Notes under the pieces: generated by a model | Told to the model about the DNA's origin: nothing | The model's database searches: none | What the model saw: the letters and a program-made list of their open reading frames with translations, nothing else | Made by a program: the position numbers and the translations under genes | Assembly: GCA_016182425.1 (NCBI GenBank) | Contig: JACPGP010000014.1 | Location: 26,846 to 90,845 of the forward strand | Length of the DNA stretch: 64,000 bases | Source of the DNA: Candidatus Levyibacteriota bacterium | GTDB lineage: Bacteria; Patescibacteriota; Microgenomatia; Levybacterales; UBA12049 | Direction of reading: 5' to 3' | In this document: positions 10,548 through 20,566 of the stretch, in pieces | How the letters are laid out: each line of letters begins with the position of its first letter | How positions within the stretch are numbered: position 1 is the stretch's first letter

Positions 10548-11622
10548 TGCCAGGTTGTGGAATGAGAGTGGAGTTGGGCGATACATCAGAAACCTCGTTG
10601 CCCAGTTACAAATTTTGGATAAGAAGAATGAGTATATTCTGTTTGTTTTAGGAAAAGACTATGTCGGCATTAAAGGAAACAATTGGAGATTAGTAAAAGC
10701 TAATATTCGTTGGCATACAATTGAAGAGCAGTTAAAGTTTCCATCAATTCTCTACAAGGAAAAACTAGATTTGGTGCACTTTCCTTATTTTTCAGTTCCT
10801 ATTTTTTACAACAAGCCTTTTGTCGTAACAATTCACGATCTGATATTGCATCATTTTCCAACAGGGCAGGCTTCGACACTCCCCATGCCTTTTTATTGGG
10901 CAAAACATTTAGGATATAAATTTGTTATATCACAAGCTGCTAAGCGCGCAAAAAAGATTATCGCAGTATCGAATGCAGCAAAAGATGAAATCGTTGATCA
11001 TTTACATGTTGATCTTAATAAGGTAGTTGTGACATATGAGGGAGTAGATCTTCCAAGCTCAAAGTTACAACTTAAAACTCGAAGCTATTTTCTTTATGTG
11101 GGGAATGCATATCCGCATAAGAATCTGGAGAGATTGATTGAAGCGTTTGCAGGAATCAGGAATCAGGAATCAGGAATCAAGCTAATACTCGTTGGGAAAG
11201 AGGATTATTTTTATAAGAGACTAAAAGAAAAAGTACAAAAGATGGGACTTGAGAAAAAAATAATTTTTCGTGGAGAGGCGACAGACGAAGAACTCGCAGG
11301 TTTATACAAAAATGCATTAGCACTTGTTATTCCGTCTCTTATGGAAGGATTTGGATTGCCTATTTTGGAGGCGATGGCAAATAAATGTTTGGTTTTAGCA
11401 TCTGATACTCCAGCTCATCACGAAATTGCAGACGACGCAGCAATCTATTTTAATCCGAATAATACAGAAGATATAGCAGAGAAAATGAAAGCTAGTTACA
11501 ATGATACGCATCATTATAGTGAAAATATTGAGAAGGGTTTTGAGAGAAGTAAAATATTTTCGTGGGAAAAAATGGCAAAAGAGACATTAAAGATTTATGA
11601 AAGTAGCATTGGTCTACGATAG
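10531..11622 (+). CDS. GT4 glycosyltransferase
   Basis: MRIGIDAR, TIHDL, GNAYPHKN, EGFGLPILEAM. Confidence 0.92.
   Translation: MRIGIDARLWNESGVGRYIRNLVAQLQILDKKNEYILFVLGKDYVGIKGNNWRLVKANIRWHTIEEQLKFPSILYKEKLDLVHFPYFSVPIFYNKPFVVTIHDLILHHFPTGQASTLPMPFYWAKHLGYKFVISQAAKRAKKIIAVSNAAKDEIVDHLHVDLNKVVVTYEGVDLPSSKLQLKTRSYFLYVGNAYPHKNLERLIEAFAGIRNQESGIKLILVGKEDYFYKRLKEKVQKMGLEKKIIFRGEATDEELAGLYKNALALVIPSLMEGFGLPILEAMANKCLVLASDTPAHHEIADDAAIYFNPNNTEDIAEKMKASYNDTHHYSENIEKGFERSKIFSWEKMAKETLKIYESSIGLR
11152..11179 (+). repeat. (GGAATCA)x4 heptamer array
   Basis: Read directly; encodes GIRNQESGI. Confidence 0.95.
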
Positions 11623-12688
11623 AGTGAATAAATGGGGAGGGGCAGAGAGAGTATTACTTTCGCTGCATGAGATTTTTCCGCAAGCTCCGCTGTATACTTC
11701 AGTATACAACCCGATGAAGACACCATGGGCAAATGTATTTGTTTTAAAGACATCATTTCTTCAAAAATTTCCTTACGCGTCGTCTGTTCATGAATTATTG
11801 CCAGTGTTTATGCCGCTGGCCTTTGAGAGCTTTTCGTTTGATCAGTATGATCTTGTTATTTCGGTAACATCAGAAGCAGCAAAAGGGATTATTACAAAAC
11901 CAGGCACGCTTCATATTTGCTATTGTCTTACTCCTACTCGTTACTTATGGAGCGGGTATGAAGAATATTTTAAAAATCCAGTTAATCGATTTTTTACACA
12001 GCCAGCAGTGTCGTATCTTCGTAAATGGGATTATATTGCAGCACAACGTCCAGATGCGTATATTGCTATTTCGAAAGAGGTACAAAAAAGAATTAAAAAA
12101 TATTATGGAAGAGAATCAGAAGTAGTGTATCCTCCAGTTGATCTGCCCAGTGTCAAGTATCAAGTGTCAAGTATCAAGGGAAAGGAGGCTGGTTTTTTTC
12201 TTGTTGTTTCTCGGCTTGTGCCTTATAAGCGAATTGATATCGCCATTAAGGCATGTAATAGATTGCAGTTGCCGCTTAAAATTATAGGTACTGGATCGGA
12301 AGAAGGGAGACTCAAAAGCATTGCTGGTCAAACAATCGAGTTCTTGGGTAACTTGACTGATAGTGAGCTGGTAGGGTATTATAAAGCTTGTCGTGCGCTC
12401 ATTTTTCCCGGCCTGGAGGATTTTGGGGTTGTCGTCGCAGAAGCCCAGAAGTTTGGTAGACCAGTAATTGCGTTTTATGGGGGAGGAGCGCGTGAAATTG
12501 TTAAGGAGCAAAAGACAGGATTATTCTTTTATCCTCAGACAACAGAAGCACTCGTAAGTACACTTATTATGTTTGAGAAAAAAAGGTTTTCTTCTGCGAT
12601 TTGTGCCGATAATGCGGAAAGATTTTCGTTAGCGTTATTTAAGAAGACGTTTATGTCATTGATAGAAAAATTAAAGGATCACGTTTAA
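11597..12688 (+). CDS. GT4 glycosyltransferase (WbaZ-like mannosyltransferase)
   Basis: GGAERVL, CLTPTRYLW, SRLVPYKRID, EDFG. Confidence 0.92.
   Translation: MKVALVYDRVNKWGGAERVLLSLHEIFPQAPLYTSVYNPMKTPWANVFVLKTSFLQKFPYASSVHELLPVFMPLAFESFSFDQYDLVISVTSEAAKGIITKPGTLHICYCLTPTRYLWSGYEEYFKNPVNRFFTQPAVSYLRKWDYIAAQRPDAYIAISKEVQKRIKKYYGRESEVVYPPVDLPSVKYQVSSIKGKEAGFFLVVSRLVPYKRIDIAIKACNRLQLPLKIIGTGSEEGRLKSIAGQTIEFLGNLTDSELVGYYKACRALIFPGLEDFGVVVAEAQKFGRPVIAFYGGGAREIVKEQKTGLFFYPQTTEALVSTLIMFEKKRFSSAICADNAERFSLALFKKTFMSLIEKLKDHV
12149..12176 (+). repeat. Alternating (AGTGTCA AGTATCA)x2 heptamer array
   Basis: Read directly; encodes SVKYQVSSI. Confidence 0.95.
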
Positions 12689-12700
12689 TAAACTATTTTT

Positions 12701-13792
12701 ATGAAAATTGTTATTTTTGCAGGAGGTGTAGGAACACGACTTTGGCCGCTATCAAGGAAAAACACTCCGAAGCAATTTGAGAAAATTATTGATAATAAGT
12801 CGACATTACAGAAAACAGTTGAGAGACTGTTGCCCGATTTTAAGCTTTCTGATATTTACATTGCTACAGGCAGGCGGTATGAGGCAACAGTCAAGGAGCA
12901 ATTCCCCAATCTTGCGGAGGAAAATTTTATTTTCGAACCCCATATGCGTGACGTTGGTCCTGCAATAGCGCTGGTGACATCGCTTTTGGAAAAACGTTTT
13001 CCGAATGAACCAATGGCGATTCTTTGGAGCGATCACCTGGTAAAAAATATTGCCAGATTTAAAAATGTTTTGCATTTAGCGGAGGCGATGGTTAAAAAAA
13101 ATGAGGCAAAATTTGTTTTTATTGGACAAAAGCCTCGCTTTGCAAATCAAAATATTGGGTGGATAGAGGTTTTAAAAAATGCTTATCAACCAACAGCAGG
13201 TAACGACATTTACGTGACAAAATTTAGAAAATTAGTATATAGACCGAGCCTTTCTGATGCGCAAGATTTTCTTAAAAAAAATAATTTTGTTTGGAATTTA
13301 GGCTACTTTGTTACCACGCCAAATTTTTTGTCCTCTCTTTTTAGCAAATTTACCCCCGCAATGTATAAAAAACTTACTCCTATTGCTGCCTTGTGGGGAA
13401 CGAATAAATTTGAAGATGCTCTCGAAAAGACGTATTCAACAATTGAAAAAATAAGTTTTGATGACGCGGTTTTAGTAAAGTTGCAGGAAAAGGGAATTTT
13501 TGTTGTATCGTCGGACTTAGGTTGGAGCGATGTTGGAGCGTGGGAATCACTTAAAGAAGCCTTAGTGGAAAGAGCAAATGAAAATGTAGTAAAAGGAAAG
13601 GTGCTGCTTGAGGATAGTAAGGATAGTTTGGTGTTTAACGATACCAATCAACTTGTTGTTGGTATAGATTTAGATGAAATGCTAGTTATTAATACGAGCG
13701 ATGTTATTTTGGTTTGTCCAAAAACCTCGGTACCTAAAATAAAAAAGCTGGTAGAAAGCTTGTCTGGCACCCCTCACGAGCATTTGGCATAA
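12701..13792 (+). CDS. manC: Mannose-1-phosphate guanylyltransferase
   Basis: AGGVGTRLWPLSR..PKQF, SDH, GWSDVGAW. Confidence 0.9.
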   Translation: MKIVIFAGGVGTRLWPLSRKNTPKQFEKIIDNKSTLQKTVERLLPDFKLSDIYIATGRRYEATVKEQFPNLAEENFIFEPHMRDVGPAIALVTSLLEKRFPNEPMAILWSDHLVKNIARFKNVLHLAEAMVKKNEAKFVFIGQKPRFANQNIGWIEVLKNAYQPTAGNDIYVTKFRKLVYRPSLSDAQDFLKKNNFVWNLGYFVTTPNFLSSLFSKFTPAMYKKLTPIAALWGTNKFEDALEKTYSTIEKISFDDAVLVKLQEKGIFVVSSDLGWSDVGAWESLKEALVERANENVVKGKVLLEDSKDSLVFNDTNQLVVGIDLDEMLVINTSDVILVCPKTSVPKIKKLVESLSGTPHEHLA

Positions 13793-13804
13793 GTTTAACT
13801 TTTT

Positions 13805-14461
13805 ATGAGAATAAAGAAAAGTAAATCCTATGAAATCGTTAAGAGAATTTTTGATTTGTTGTTTTCTTTAATTCTTCTTGTTTTCTTTCTGCCGATAATT
13901 GTTGTTGTGGCTATTTTTATAAAGCTGGATTCTTCAGGTCCAATTTTGGCGGATACTCCGGAACGTGTGGGGAGGAATGGAAAACTTTTTAAGATGTATA
14001 AATTTCGGTCTATGATTCAAAATGCACATGAGATATTGCGCCAGAATCCAAAGTTTCTAAAGCTCTTCGATGAATACAAGAAGGGAAGTTATAAATTGCG
14101 GGATGATCCACGCATAACTAGGGTGGGAAAATTTATTCGCAAGCACTCTTTGGATGAGGTACCACAGCTGATTAATGTATTAAGGGGCGAGATGAGCCTG
14201 GTTGGCCCGCGAGCGTATTATCCAGATGAATTGCGTGAGCAGCAAAAGAAATATCCCGAAACTAGAAAGGCAGTAAAAATTGTGTTGTCTGTAATGCCAG
14301 GAATAACCGGGCATTGGCAGGTATCAGGAAGAAGCGAAATAAACTTTGACAAACGTATCGAAATGGACGCGGATTATGTAAAGAAGAGGTCTGTTTTTTA
14401 CGATTTGATGATTATTCTCAAAACCCCGTGGGCGATGATCTATGGCAAAGGCGCCCTATAA
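13805..14461 (+). CDS. Undecaprenyl-phosphate sugar phosphotransferase (Bac_transf)
   Basis: [39 protein letters not shown]. Confidence 0.93.
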   Translation: MRIKKSKSYEIVKRIFDLLFSLILLVFFLPIIVVVAIFIKLDSSGPILADTPERVGRNGKLFKMYKFRSMIQNAHEILRQNPKFLKLFDEYKKGSYKLRDDPRITRVGKFIRKHSLDEVPQLINVLRGEMSLVGPRAYYPDELREQQKKYPETRKAVKIVLSVMPGITGHWQVSGRSEINFDKRIEMDADYVKKRSVFYDLMIILKTPWAMIYGKGAL

Positions 14462-14464
14462 TTG

Positions 14465-14494
14465 TTGACATTGTTTATTTTATTGAAGTATGAT
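14465..14494 (+). promoter_or_regulatory. Sigma70-type promoter
   Basis: TTGACA-18nt-TATGAT, 8 nt before ATG 14503. Confidence 0.6.
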
Positions 14495-14502
14495 ATAAAA
14501 AT

Positions 14503-16446
14503 ATGGATGATTTGCCTAAAATTACCTTGCGCCCGCAAGAAAATGTTAAGCCAGTAGTTTCAGCAACCAAAATTAGAAAAAAGATTTTTTTTATTTTTCT
14601 TGCTATTTTTATTCTTTTTGGGACACCAATGCTTATTATTGCTGTTCCGGCACAAAAAATCTACATTTCTTCACAAAAGACGTATCGGCAGGCACAAAAA
14701 ACCGTGGATGCAATAAAAAAGCAGAACATCGCACTGGCAGATGAAGAACTTGAAAAAACAAAAGAAACGCTAGCGGAAACTCAAAATAACCTTCAGACGA
14801 TTTCTTTTCTCCGTTTTGTTCCTTTTATTAGTTGGTATTATAACGACATTGATCATTTGCTAAAAGCTGGATTTCATAGTCTAAGTGCCTCCTCAGTTGT
14901 TATTGAGGCAATTAAACCCTATGCGGATGTATTGGGTTTAAAAGGTCAAGGCAGTTTTGTGATGGGTTCTTCCGAGCAACGATTGCAGACAACTATTCTT
15001 ACCATGGGAAAGATTACGCCTAGGATTGATGACGTTGCCAACGATCTTGATCTTGCTAGAAAAGAAATTGACGCCGTTAATCCAAATCATTACCCTCCTA
15101 TTTTTGGATTAGCAAAAGTAAGAGCACAACTGATAAAAGTAAGAGAAATAGCAGATAGCGGCATTGCATTTGTCGACGAAGCCAAACCTCTAATTAAAGT
15201 GCTCCCTTCGCTTTTGGGAGAGTCGCAAGAGAAAAAATACTTGGTTTTATTCCAAAATGCTAATGAATTGCGGCCCACCGGAGGATTTATTACTGCCTAT
15301 GCTATTTTTAAGATAGACAAGGGGAAAATAGAGGTTGAACGATCAGACGATATTTACAATTTAGACAATACAATTAGAAGCAAACCAAAAGCCCCAGAGC
15401 CAATTCTTAAATACCTGGCCAATGTTTCAACGCTTCATTTGCGAGATACCAATCTTTCTCCAGATTTTATCGAGTCAATGAAGACGTTTAATAGTTTATA
15501 CAGAGAAGCGGGGAGCAAGGTGGATGTTGATGGAATTATTGCGATTGATTCCAATGTTTTAGTTTCGACAATTAAGACTCTCGATGATGAGGTTTTTGCT
15601 GGAGGAATTAAATTTACCTCAAAGATAGATAAGCGATGTGATTGTCCCCAAGTTATTTATGAACTGGAAAGACTAATTAGCACGCCAAAGAGTTTGGATT
15701 TACGGATAACTTCGTTGGCTTCTGTCCAAGCCCAGAGAAAAGACATCCTTGGTACGCTTATGTACGCAATTATGCAGAAAGCTCTTAAATCATCACCGAA
15801 GCTCTATTGGGGGCCGTTGGTGCAAGATATGATAACACAGGCAAATGAAAAGCATATTTTGTTTTACCTCTATGATAAAAACGCCCAAAGAGGCATAGAA
15901 GCGCTCAACGTTGCCGGAAGAATAAAGGAATTTGATGGTGATTACTTCCATCTTAATCAAGCAAATTTAGGAGGCGCAAAATCTAACTTGTTTGTGAGAG
16001 AGTCTGTTACGCAAGACGTAAAGGTAGAAAGTGATGGGAAAATTATAAAAACAGTTACAATTATCTACAAAAATCCCTATCCTCCGTCGGATTGTAATTT
16101 GGAACGGGGAAATTTGTGTCTCAACGGCATTCTTCGTAATTGGTTCCGGGTGTATGTTCCCAAAGGAAGCAAGTTGGTAAACATGCAAGGTTCGGAGGTA
16201 AAAGTTTCTACCTATGAGGAATTAGGTAAAACAGTTTTTGAAGGATTCTTAACTGTTCGTCCGCAGGGATCGGTTACGTTAACTTTTTCGTATACATTGC
16301 CGTTTAAGCTTGAATCGGGTTCGCCTCTGCCTCTTCTTATTCAAAAACAGCCGGGAACCACAACAAATGAGTACATAATTAAACTTAACGGTAAAGAAGT
16401 GGAAAAATTTCCTCTGCTGACAGATAAAGAGGTAACGCTTAGGTAG
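14503..16446 (+). CDS. DUF4012-type membrane-anchored protein
   Basis: YLVLFQNANELRPTGGFI, LRDTNLSPDF, VDGIIAID, NLGGAKSN. Confidence 0.8.
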   Translation: MDDLPKITLRPQENVKPVVSATKIRKKIFFIFLAIFILFGTPMLIIAVPAQKIYISSQKTYRQAQKTVDAIKKQNIALADEELEKTKETLAETQNNLQTISFLRFVPFISWYYNDIDHLLKAGFHSLSASSVVIEAIKPYADVLGLKGQGSFVMGSSEQRLQTTILTMGKITPRIDDVANDLDLARKEIDAVNPNHYPPIFGLAKVRAQLIKVREIADSGIAFVDEAKPLIKVLPSLLGESQEKKYLVLFQNANELRPTGGFITAYAIFKIDKGKIEVERSDDIYNLDNTIRSKPKAPEPILKYLANVSTLHLRDTNLSPDFIESMKTFNSLYREAGSKVDVDGIIAIDSNVLVSTIKTLDDEVFAGGIKFTSKIDKRCDCPQVIYELERLISTPKSLDLRITSLASVQAQRKDILGTLMYAIMQKALKSSPKLYWGPLVQDMITQANEKHILFYLYDKNAQRGIEALNVAGRIKEFDGDYFHLNQANLGGAKSNLFVRESVTQDVKVESDGKIIKTVTIIYKNPYPPSDCNLERGNLCLNGILRNWFRVYVPKGSKLVNMQGSEVKVSTYEELGKTVFEGFLTVRPQGSVTLTFSYTLPFKLESGSPLPLLIQKQPGTTTNEYIIKLNGKEVEKFPLLTDKEVTLR

Positions 16447-16452
16447 TAAACA

Positions 16453-16995
16453 ATGAGGAATTTTAAGGTAGAAGGGATTATAATTAAGCGCCGTAATATC
16501 AATGAGGCAGATAGGTTATTGACTGTTTTTTCGAAAGGATATGGAAAGATACAAGCAAAAGCAGTCGGTGTTAGACGAGTGACTAGCCGCAGGTCTTCTC
16601 ATGTAGAGCTTCTTAATTACGCAAAGATGACCCTTTACAAAGGGAAAAGCCTGCCGCTTGTAGTTGAGGCAGAGGCAATATGCGATTATGCTTTCTTAAA
16701 AAAGAATCTTAGGATGGTTGGTATTGCCTACCATATTTGTGAGCTTATTGATAGCTTATGTGCGGAAAATCAGGAGAACACCAGTGTATTTTTATTGCTT
16801 TTACAAACTCTTGATGATCTTTCAAAAGGTAAAGATGCAAAGCAAACTGTTCATGTGTTTGAAAAAATGTTACTTTCACATCTTGGATTTTTTTCAAACT
16901 TTCCTCTTGTTAAAGCTATCGATACTCACGTAGTAATCGAGGAGATCCTTGAGCGCAAACTTAAAACAACATCACTTTTGCCACATTTCCTCTAG
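16453..16995 (+). CDS. recO: DNA repair protein RecO (short form)
   Basis: EGIIIKRRNINEADRLLTVFS..GKI..AVGVR. Confidence 0.9.
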   Translation: MRNFKVEGIIIKRRNINEADRLLTVFSKGYGKIQAKAVGVRRVTSRRSSHVELLNYAKMTLYKGKSLPLVVEAEAICDYAFLKKNLRMVGIAYHICELIDSLCAENQENTSVFLLLLQTLDDLSKGKDAKQTVHVFEKMLLSHLGFFSNFPLVKAIDTHVVIEEILERKLKTTSLLPHFL

Positions 16996-17022
16996 ACAAT
17001 TTTTTTGCTATCATGTGTTCAT

Positions 17023-18327
17023 ATGGATAATTTAATGGATAAGTTAGTAGCCCTTTGTAAGAGGCGCGGTTTTATTTTTCCAGGGAGCGAGCTTTATGGC
17101 GGATTGAATGGGACATGGGATTTGGGACCATTAGGTGTTTTGCTGGCTCAAAATATAAAACATGAATGGTGGAAAAGTGTAGTTTTGAAACGAGAAGATG
17201 TTGTCGGGCTTGACTCATCAATTCTACACCATCCAAAAGTCTGGGAAGCCTCGGGCCACGTTGCCTCTTTTACAGATCCTCTGATTGAGTGCAAAGTGTG
17301 TCACGAGCGGTTTCGGGCAGATCACAAAGATCAAATTGCAAAGCACGAAAAAGCCCATCCCAATCCTGCCTGGACAGATATAAAGTCATTTAACCTAATG
17401 TTTAAGACTTTCCTTGGGCCAATTGATGATGAAAAAAATAAAACCTATCTTAGGCCGGAAACAGCTCAAGGTATTTTTATAAACTTTAAAAACGTTGTTG
17501 AGACATCAAGAGTAAAAATCCCTTTTGGTATAGCACAAATTGGCAAAGGGTTTCGAAACGAGATCACAACAGGCAATTTTTTGTTTAGGGTTAGGGAATT
17601 TGAAATGATGGAGCTTGAGTTTTTCGTAAAGCCGGGAACAGATAAAAAATGGCATGATCTATGGAAGCAAGAACGTTACAATTGGTGGTTGCGTTTGGGG
17701 ATAAGAAAAGAAAATATTAAACTTGTCGATCTTCCCAGAGAGGATATTGCACACTATTCAAAAGGCACCACAGAAGTGTGGTATAACTGGCCATTTATGA
17801 GTTTTGGTGAACTTGAGGGAATTGCAAATAGAGGAGATTATGATTTATCGCAACAGGCAAAATACTCTGGTCGTGATCTTTCCTATTTTGATCAGAAAGA
17901 CAATGAAAGATACATTCCATACGTGATTGAGCCATCTGTTGGAATAGGACGGGCTATGTTGGCATTTTTAATTGACGCTTACTATGAAGAAGAAAAAAGA
18001 GTTGTTTTAAGACTTCATCCAAAACTGTCTCCTATAAAAATTGCAGTATTTCCGCTTCTTGGTAATAAAAACGAATTAATCACAAAAGCGAAAGATTTAT
18101 ACAAAACACTAAAAACTTCCTTTGAGGGGGAAGTTGCGTTTGATGATAGAGGAAATATTGGTAAAAGATATCTATATCAGGATGAAATTGGCACTCCTTG
18201 GTGTGTAACAGTGGATTTTGATACACTCAAAGACAACACAGTAACGGTTAGAGATCGAAATAGTACCAAGCAGGAAAGAGTTGCAATAGGAGACATGTTG
18301 ACATTCTTCACGCGATTGCTACAATAA
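17023..18327 (+). CDS. glyS: Glycine--tRNA ligase, alpha2 type
   Basis: [42 protein letters not shown] 17023 preferred. Confidence 0.96.
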   Translation: MDNLMDKLVALCKRRGFIFPGSELYGGLNGTWDLGPLGVLLAQNIKHEWWKSVVLKREDVVGLDSSILHHPKVWEASGHVASFTDPLIECKVCHERFRADHKDQIAKHEKAHPNPAWTDIKSFNLMFKTFLGPIDDEKNKTYLRPETAQGIFINFKNVVETSRVKIPFGIAQIGKGFRNEITTGNFLFRVREFEMMELEFFVKPGTDKKWHDLWKQERYNWWLRLGIRKENIKLVDLPREDIAHYSKGTTEVWYNWPFMSFGELEGIANRGDYDLSQQAKYSGRDLSYFDQKDNERYIPYVIEPSVGIGRAMLAFLIDAYYEEEKRVVLRLHPKLSPIKIAVFPLLGNKNELITKAKDLYKTLKTSFEGEVAFDDRGNIGKRYLYQDEIGTPWCVTVDFDTLKDNTVTVRDRNSTKQERVAIGDMLTFFTRLLQ

Positions 18328-18342
18328 AAAAGATAACATTTT

Positions 18343-18822
18343 ATGCAGCAGAAAAAAATAATTATTGCCGCAGCACTAGTTTTACTTCTCATTCTTTTTG
18401 GTTTAGGATATTTTCTCTATTCTCCTAGGACTTCACAGTCTCCGCAAGAAACGCCACAAGATGAAGAACAACAGCAAGAAGAGGTGGTTATTCCAACAAT
18501 AAGCCCTGATAATCTTGGATTAACATTTGTCGCAAGAAACGACAAAAAGGCAGTAAAATTTGCCATAACAGAAATAAAAGATATTCAAGCAGTTGATTAC
18601 GAAGTGTCTTATTTGGCAGAAGGAAATATTCCTCGGGGCGCGATAGGACATATTGAAGTAAAACCAACGGACCAGAAAATCGGGACAAATTACATCGATC
18701 TTGGTACGTGTTCGTCTGGAAAATGCAAGTATGACCAAGGCGTTACCTTAGTAAAACTCATTTTGAAAATAACAAAAATAAATGGAAAGATCTATTCCGC
18801 AGAAAAAACCCTAGAACTTTAA
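18343..18822 (+). CDS. Membrane-anchored hypothetical protein
   Basis: N-terminal TM segment and GTCSSGKC motif. Confidence 0.75.
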   Translation: MQQKKIIIAAALVLLLILFGLGYFLYSPRTSQSPQETPQDEEQQQEEVVIPTISPDNLGLTFVARNDKKAVKFAITEIKDIQAVDYEVSYLAEGNIPRGAIGHIEVKPTDQKIGTNYIDLGTCSSGKCKYDQGVTLVKLILKITKINGKIYSAEKTLEL

Positions 18823-18843
18823 CCCATTTTAAATCTACCCATT

Positions 18844-18866
18844 GTGTTTTTGTGGCCACAAAACAC
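18844..18866. terminator. Palindrome, possible terminator or operator between the glyS unit and mraZ
   Basis: TTTTGTGGCCACAAAA perfect palindrome extended by GTG/CAC; no classic U-tail. Confidence 0.35.
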
Positions 18867-18914
18867 TATTTTGGGTATTTTACCTCTTGACAAACAAATA
18901 GAAATTATTCCAAA

Positions 18915-18940
18915 ATGGTATAAAGTGGGAAAAAGTGGGA
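18915..18940 (+). promoter_or_regulatory. MraZ-binding repeats
   Basis: GTGGG at 18925 and 18935 (10-nt period), a degenerate copy one period upstream, and TTGACA at 18887, all directly upstream of mraZ. Confidence 0.75.
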
Positions 18941-18953
18941 TAAAGGCAGGAAT

Positions 18954-19391
18954 ATGTTACTTGGACAGTTTGAGGGAAAAATTGATGAAAAAGGACGAAC
19001 TGCTTTCCCTAAAAAATTACGGGAGGTCCTGGGCGACAAACTCATTATTACATTTGGATATGAAAATTCGCTTACTGTCGTATCCGAAGTTGGGTGGAGA
19101 GGGTTGCTTGAGGGAACAGAAGGGAAACCGTTTATCCAAAAAGAAGCAAGGGAAACGCAAAGATTTTTACTTGGAGGAGCAAGTTTTGTGGAGCTCGATA
19201 GCAAAGGCAGGTTTATATTACCTTTCTACTTACGACAATTTGCAAAAATTGCGCAGGAGATTATATTCATAGGATTGTCGCGATACATTGAGATTTGGGA
19301 TAAGGAGCACTGGGTAAAATACAGAGAGAACCTTGAAAAAAACATAGATACAATTGCGAAACGATTGATTGAGGGCGAACAAAAAACGTAA
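18954..19391 (+). CDS. mraZ: Transcriptional regulator MraZ
   Basis: IDEKGR, LDSKGR, IEIWD. Confidence 0.96.
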   Translation: MLLGQFEGKIDEKGRTAFPKKLREVLGDKLIITFGYENSLTVVSEVGWRGLLEGTEGKPFIQKEARETQRFLLGGASFVELDSKGRFILPFYLRQFAKIAQEIIFIGLSRYIEIWDKEHWVKYRENLEKNIDTIAKRLIEGEQKT

Positions 19392-19397
19392 ATCCTA

Positions 19398-20270
19398 ATG
19401 GATACGTATCACAAATCGGTTCTTTTACAAGAAGTTTTATCGTTTCTTAAAGTTGAGGGTGGAAAAAAATACATTGACGCAACATTGGGTGGAGGAGGAC
19501 ATACAAAAAAGATTTTAGAGCTGGGTGGAGAGGTGTTGAGTATAGATGTTGATCAAGATGCTATAGATTACGTTAGATCAAAGATCAAAGATTTAGGACG
19601 ATTAACACTGGTACGGGGGAATTTTAAGGATATTGGGGAGATTGCACGTTTACATGGGTTTGAGAAAGTAGCGGGAATTCTATTTGATTTAGGAGTATCA
19701 AGTCATCAATTAGATACAGCTTCCCGCGGTTTTAGCTTTCAGAAAGAAGGCCCACTCGATATGCGAATGGACAAAAACCTTTCTCTGAAAGCGGCTGATC
19801 TTATTAATGTTTTAACGAAAGGAGAGCTCTATGAGCTTTATCGTAGATTGGGTGAGGAGCGTCATGCTCGCGCCATTGCTTCGGCTGTTGTTAGCGCCCG
19901 TCAAATAAAGCCGATTGCAACAACAACAGAACTGGCAAAAATAGTGCAGCTTGGCGCGCCTAAAAAATTTTCGAATATAAACCAGGCAACAAAAGTTTTT
20001 CAAGCATTGCGTATAGCAGTGAATGATGAATTAAACAGTCTTGAGGTTACTTTGCCAAAATCTCTGGATTTGCTTGAAAAAGAGGGAAGATTGGTAGTTA
20101 TTTCTTTTCATTCCCTGGAAGATCGAATTGTAAAAAATGCATTTCGTTTCTTTTCGAATGCGAAAAAAGGAAAAATAATTACCAAAAAACCGATAACACC
20201 AAACTGGGAAGAGATTAAAAAAAACAAAAGGAGCAGGAGCGCCAGGATGCGCGTATTTGAAAAATTATAA
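19398..20270 (+). CDS. rsmH: 16S rRNA m4C1402 methyltransferase
   Basis: DATLGGGGH, DLGVSS, PLDMRM, FQALRIAVNDEL, FHSLEDR. Confidence 0.97.
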   Translation: MDTYHKSVLLQEVLSFLKVEGGKKYIDATLGGGGHTKKILELGGEVLSIDVDQDAIDYVRSKIKDLGRLTLVRGNFKDIGEIARLHGFEKVAGILFDLGVSSHQLDTASRGFSFQKEGPLDMRMDKNLSLKAADLINVLTKGELYELYRRLGEERHARAIASAVVSARQIKPIATTTELAKIVQLGAPKKFSNINQATKVFQALRIAVNDELNSLEVTLPKSLDLLEKEGRLVVISFHSLEDRIVKNAFRFFSNAKKGKIITKKPITPNWEEIKKNKRSRSARMRVFEKL

Positions 20271-20281
20271 TTAAGGAAGAT

Positions 20282-20566
20282 ATGAAAAAACAACATATTA
20301 TAGTAACAATTGTTTTTTTACTGATTATTTCTCTTTCTATTTTGCAAGTGGTTGTTTCCAACAGTCTTTCTATCACCGGTATCACACTTTCTCGTTTAGA
20401 AACGGAGTTAACAAACTACCAGAGAGAAAACGCGCTTCTTAGAGAAAAGATGCTACTGAATACTTCTCTTACGCAGATAGCCTCAAAAGCCGCCACGCTT
20501 GGATTCGAAGAGGGAAAGTCACAAATTGTGGTTGGTTCGCTATTGCCTATTGCGCTTCGGCCATGA
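20282..20566 (+). CDS. ftsL: FtsL-like cell division protein
   Basis: TM segment plus coiled coil; between rsmH and ftsI. Confidence 0.65.
   Translation: MKKQHIIVTIVFLLIISLSILQVVVSNSLSITGITLSRLETELTNYQRENALLREKMLLNTSLTQIASKAATLGFEEGKSQIVVGSLLPIALRP

Noticed and set aside
18844..19272. 142-aa ORF overlapping mraZ
   Set aside because: Alternate frame of mraZ that covers its promoter and operator
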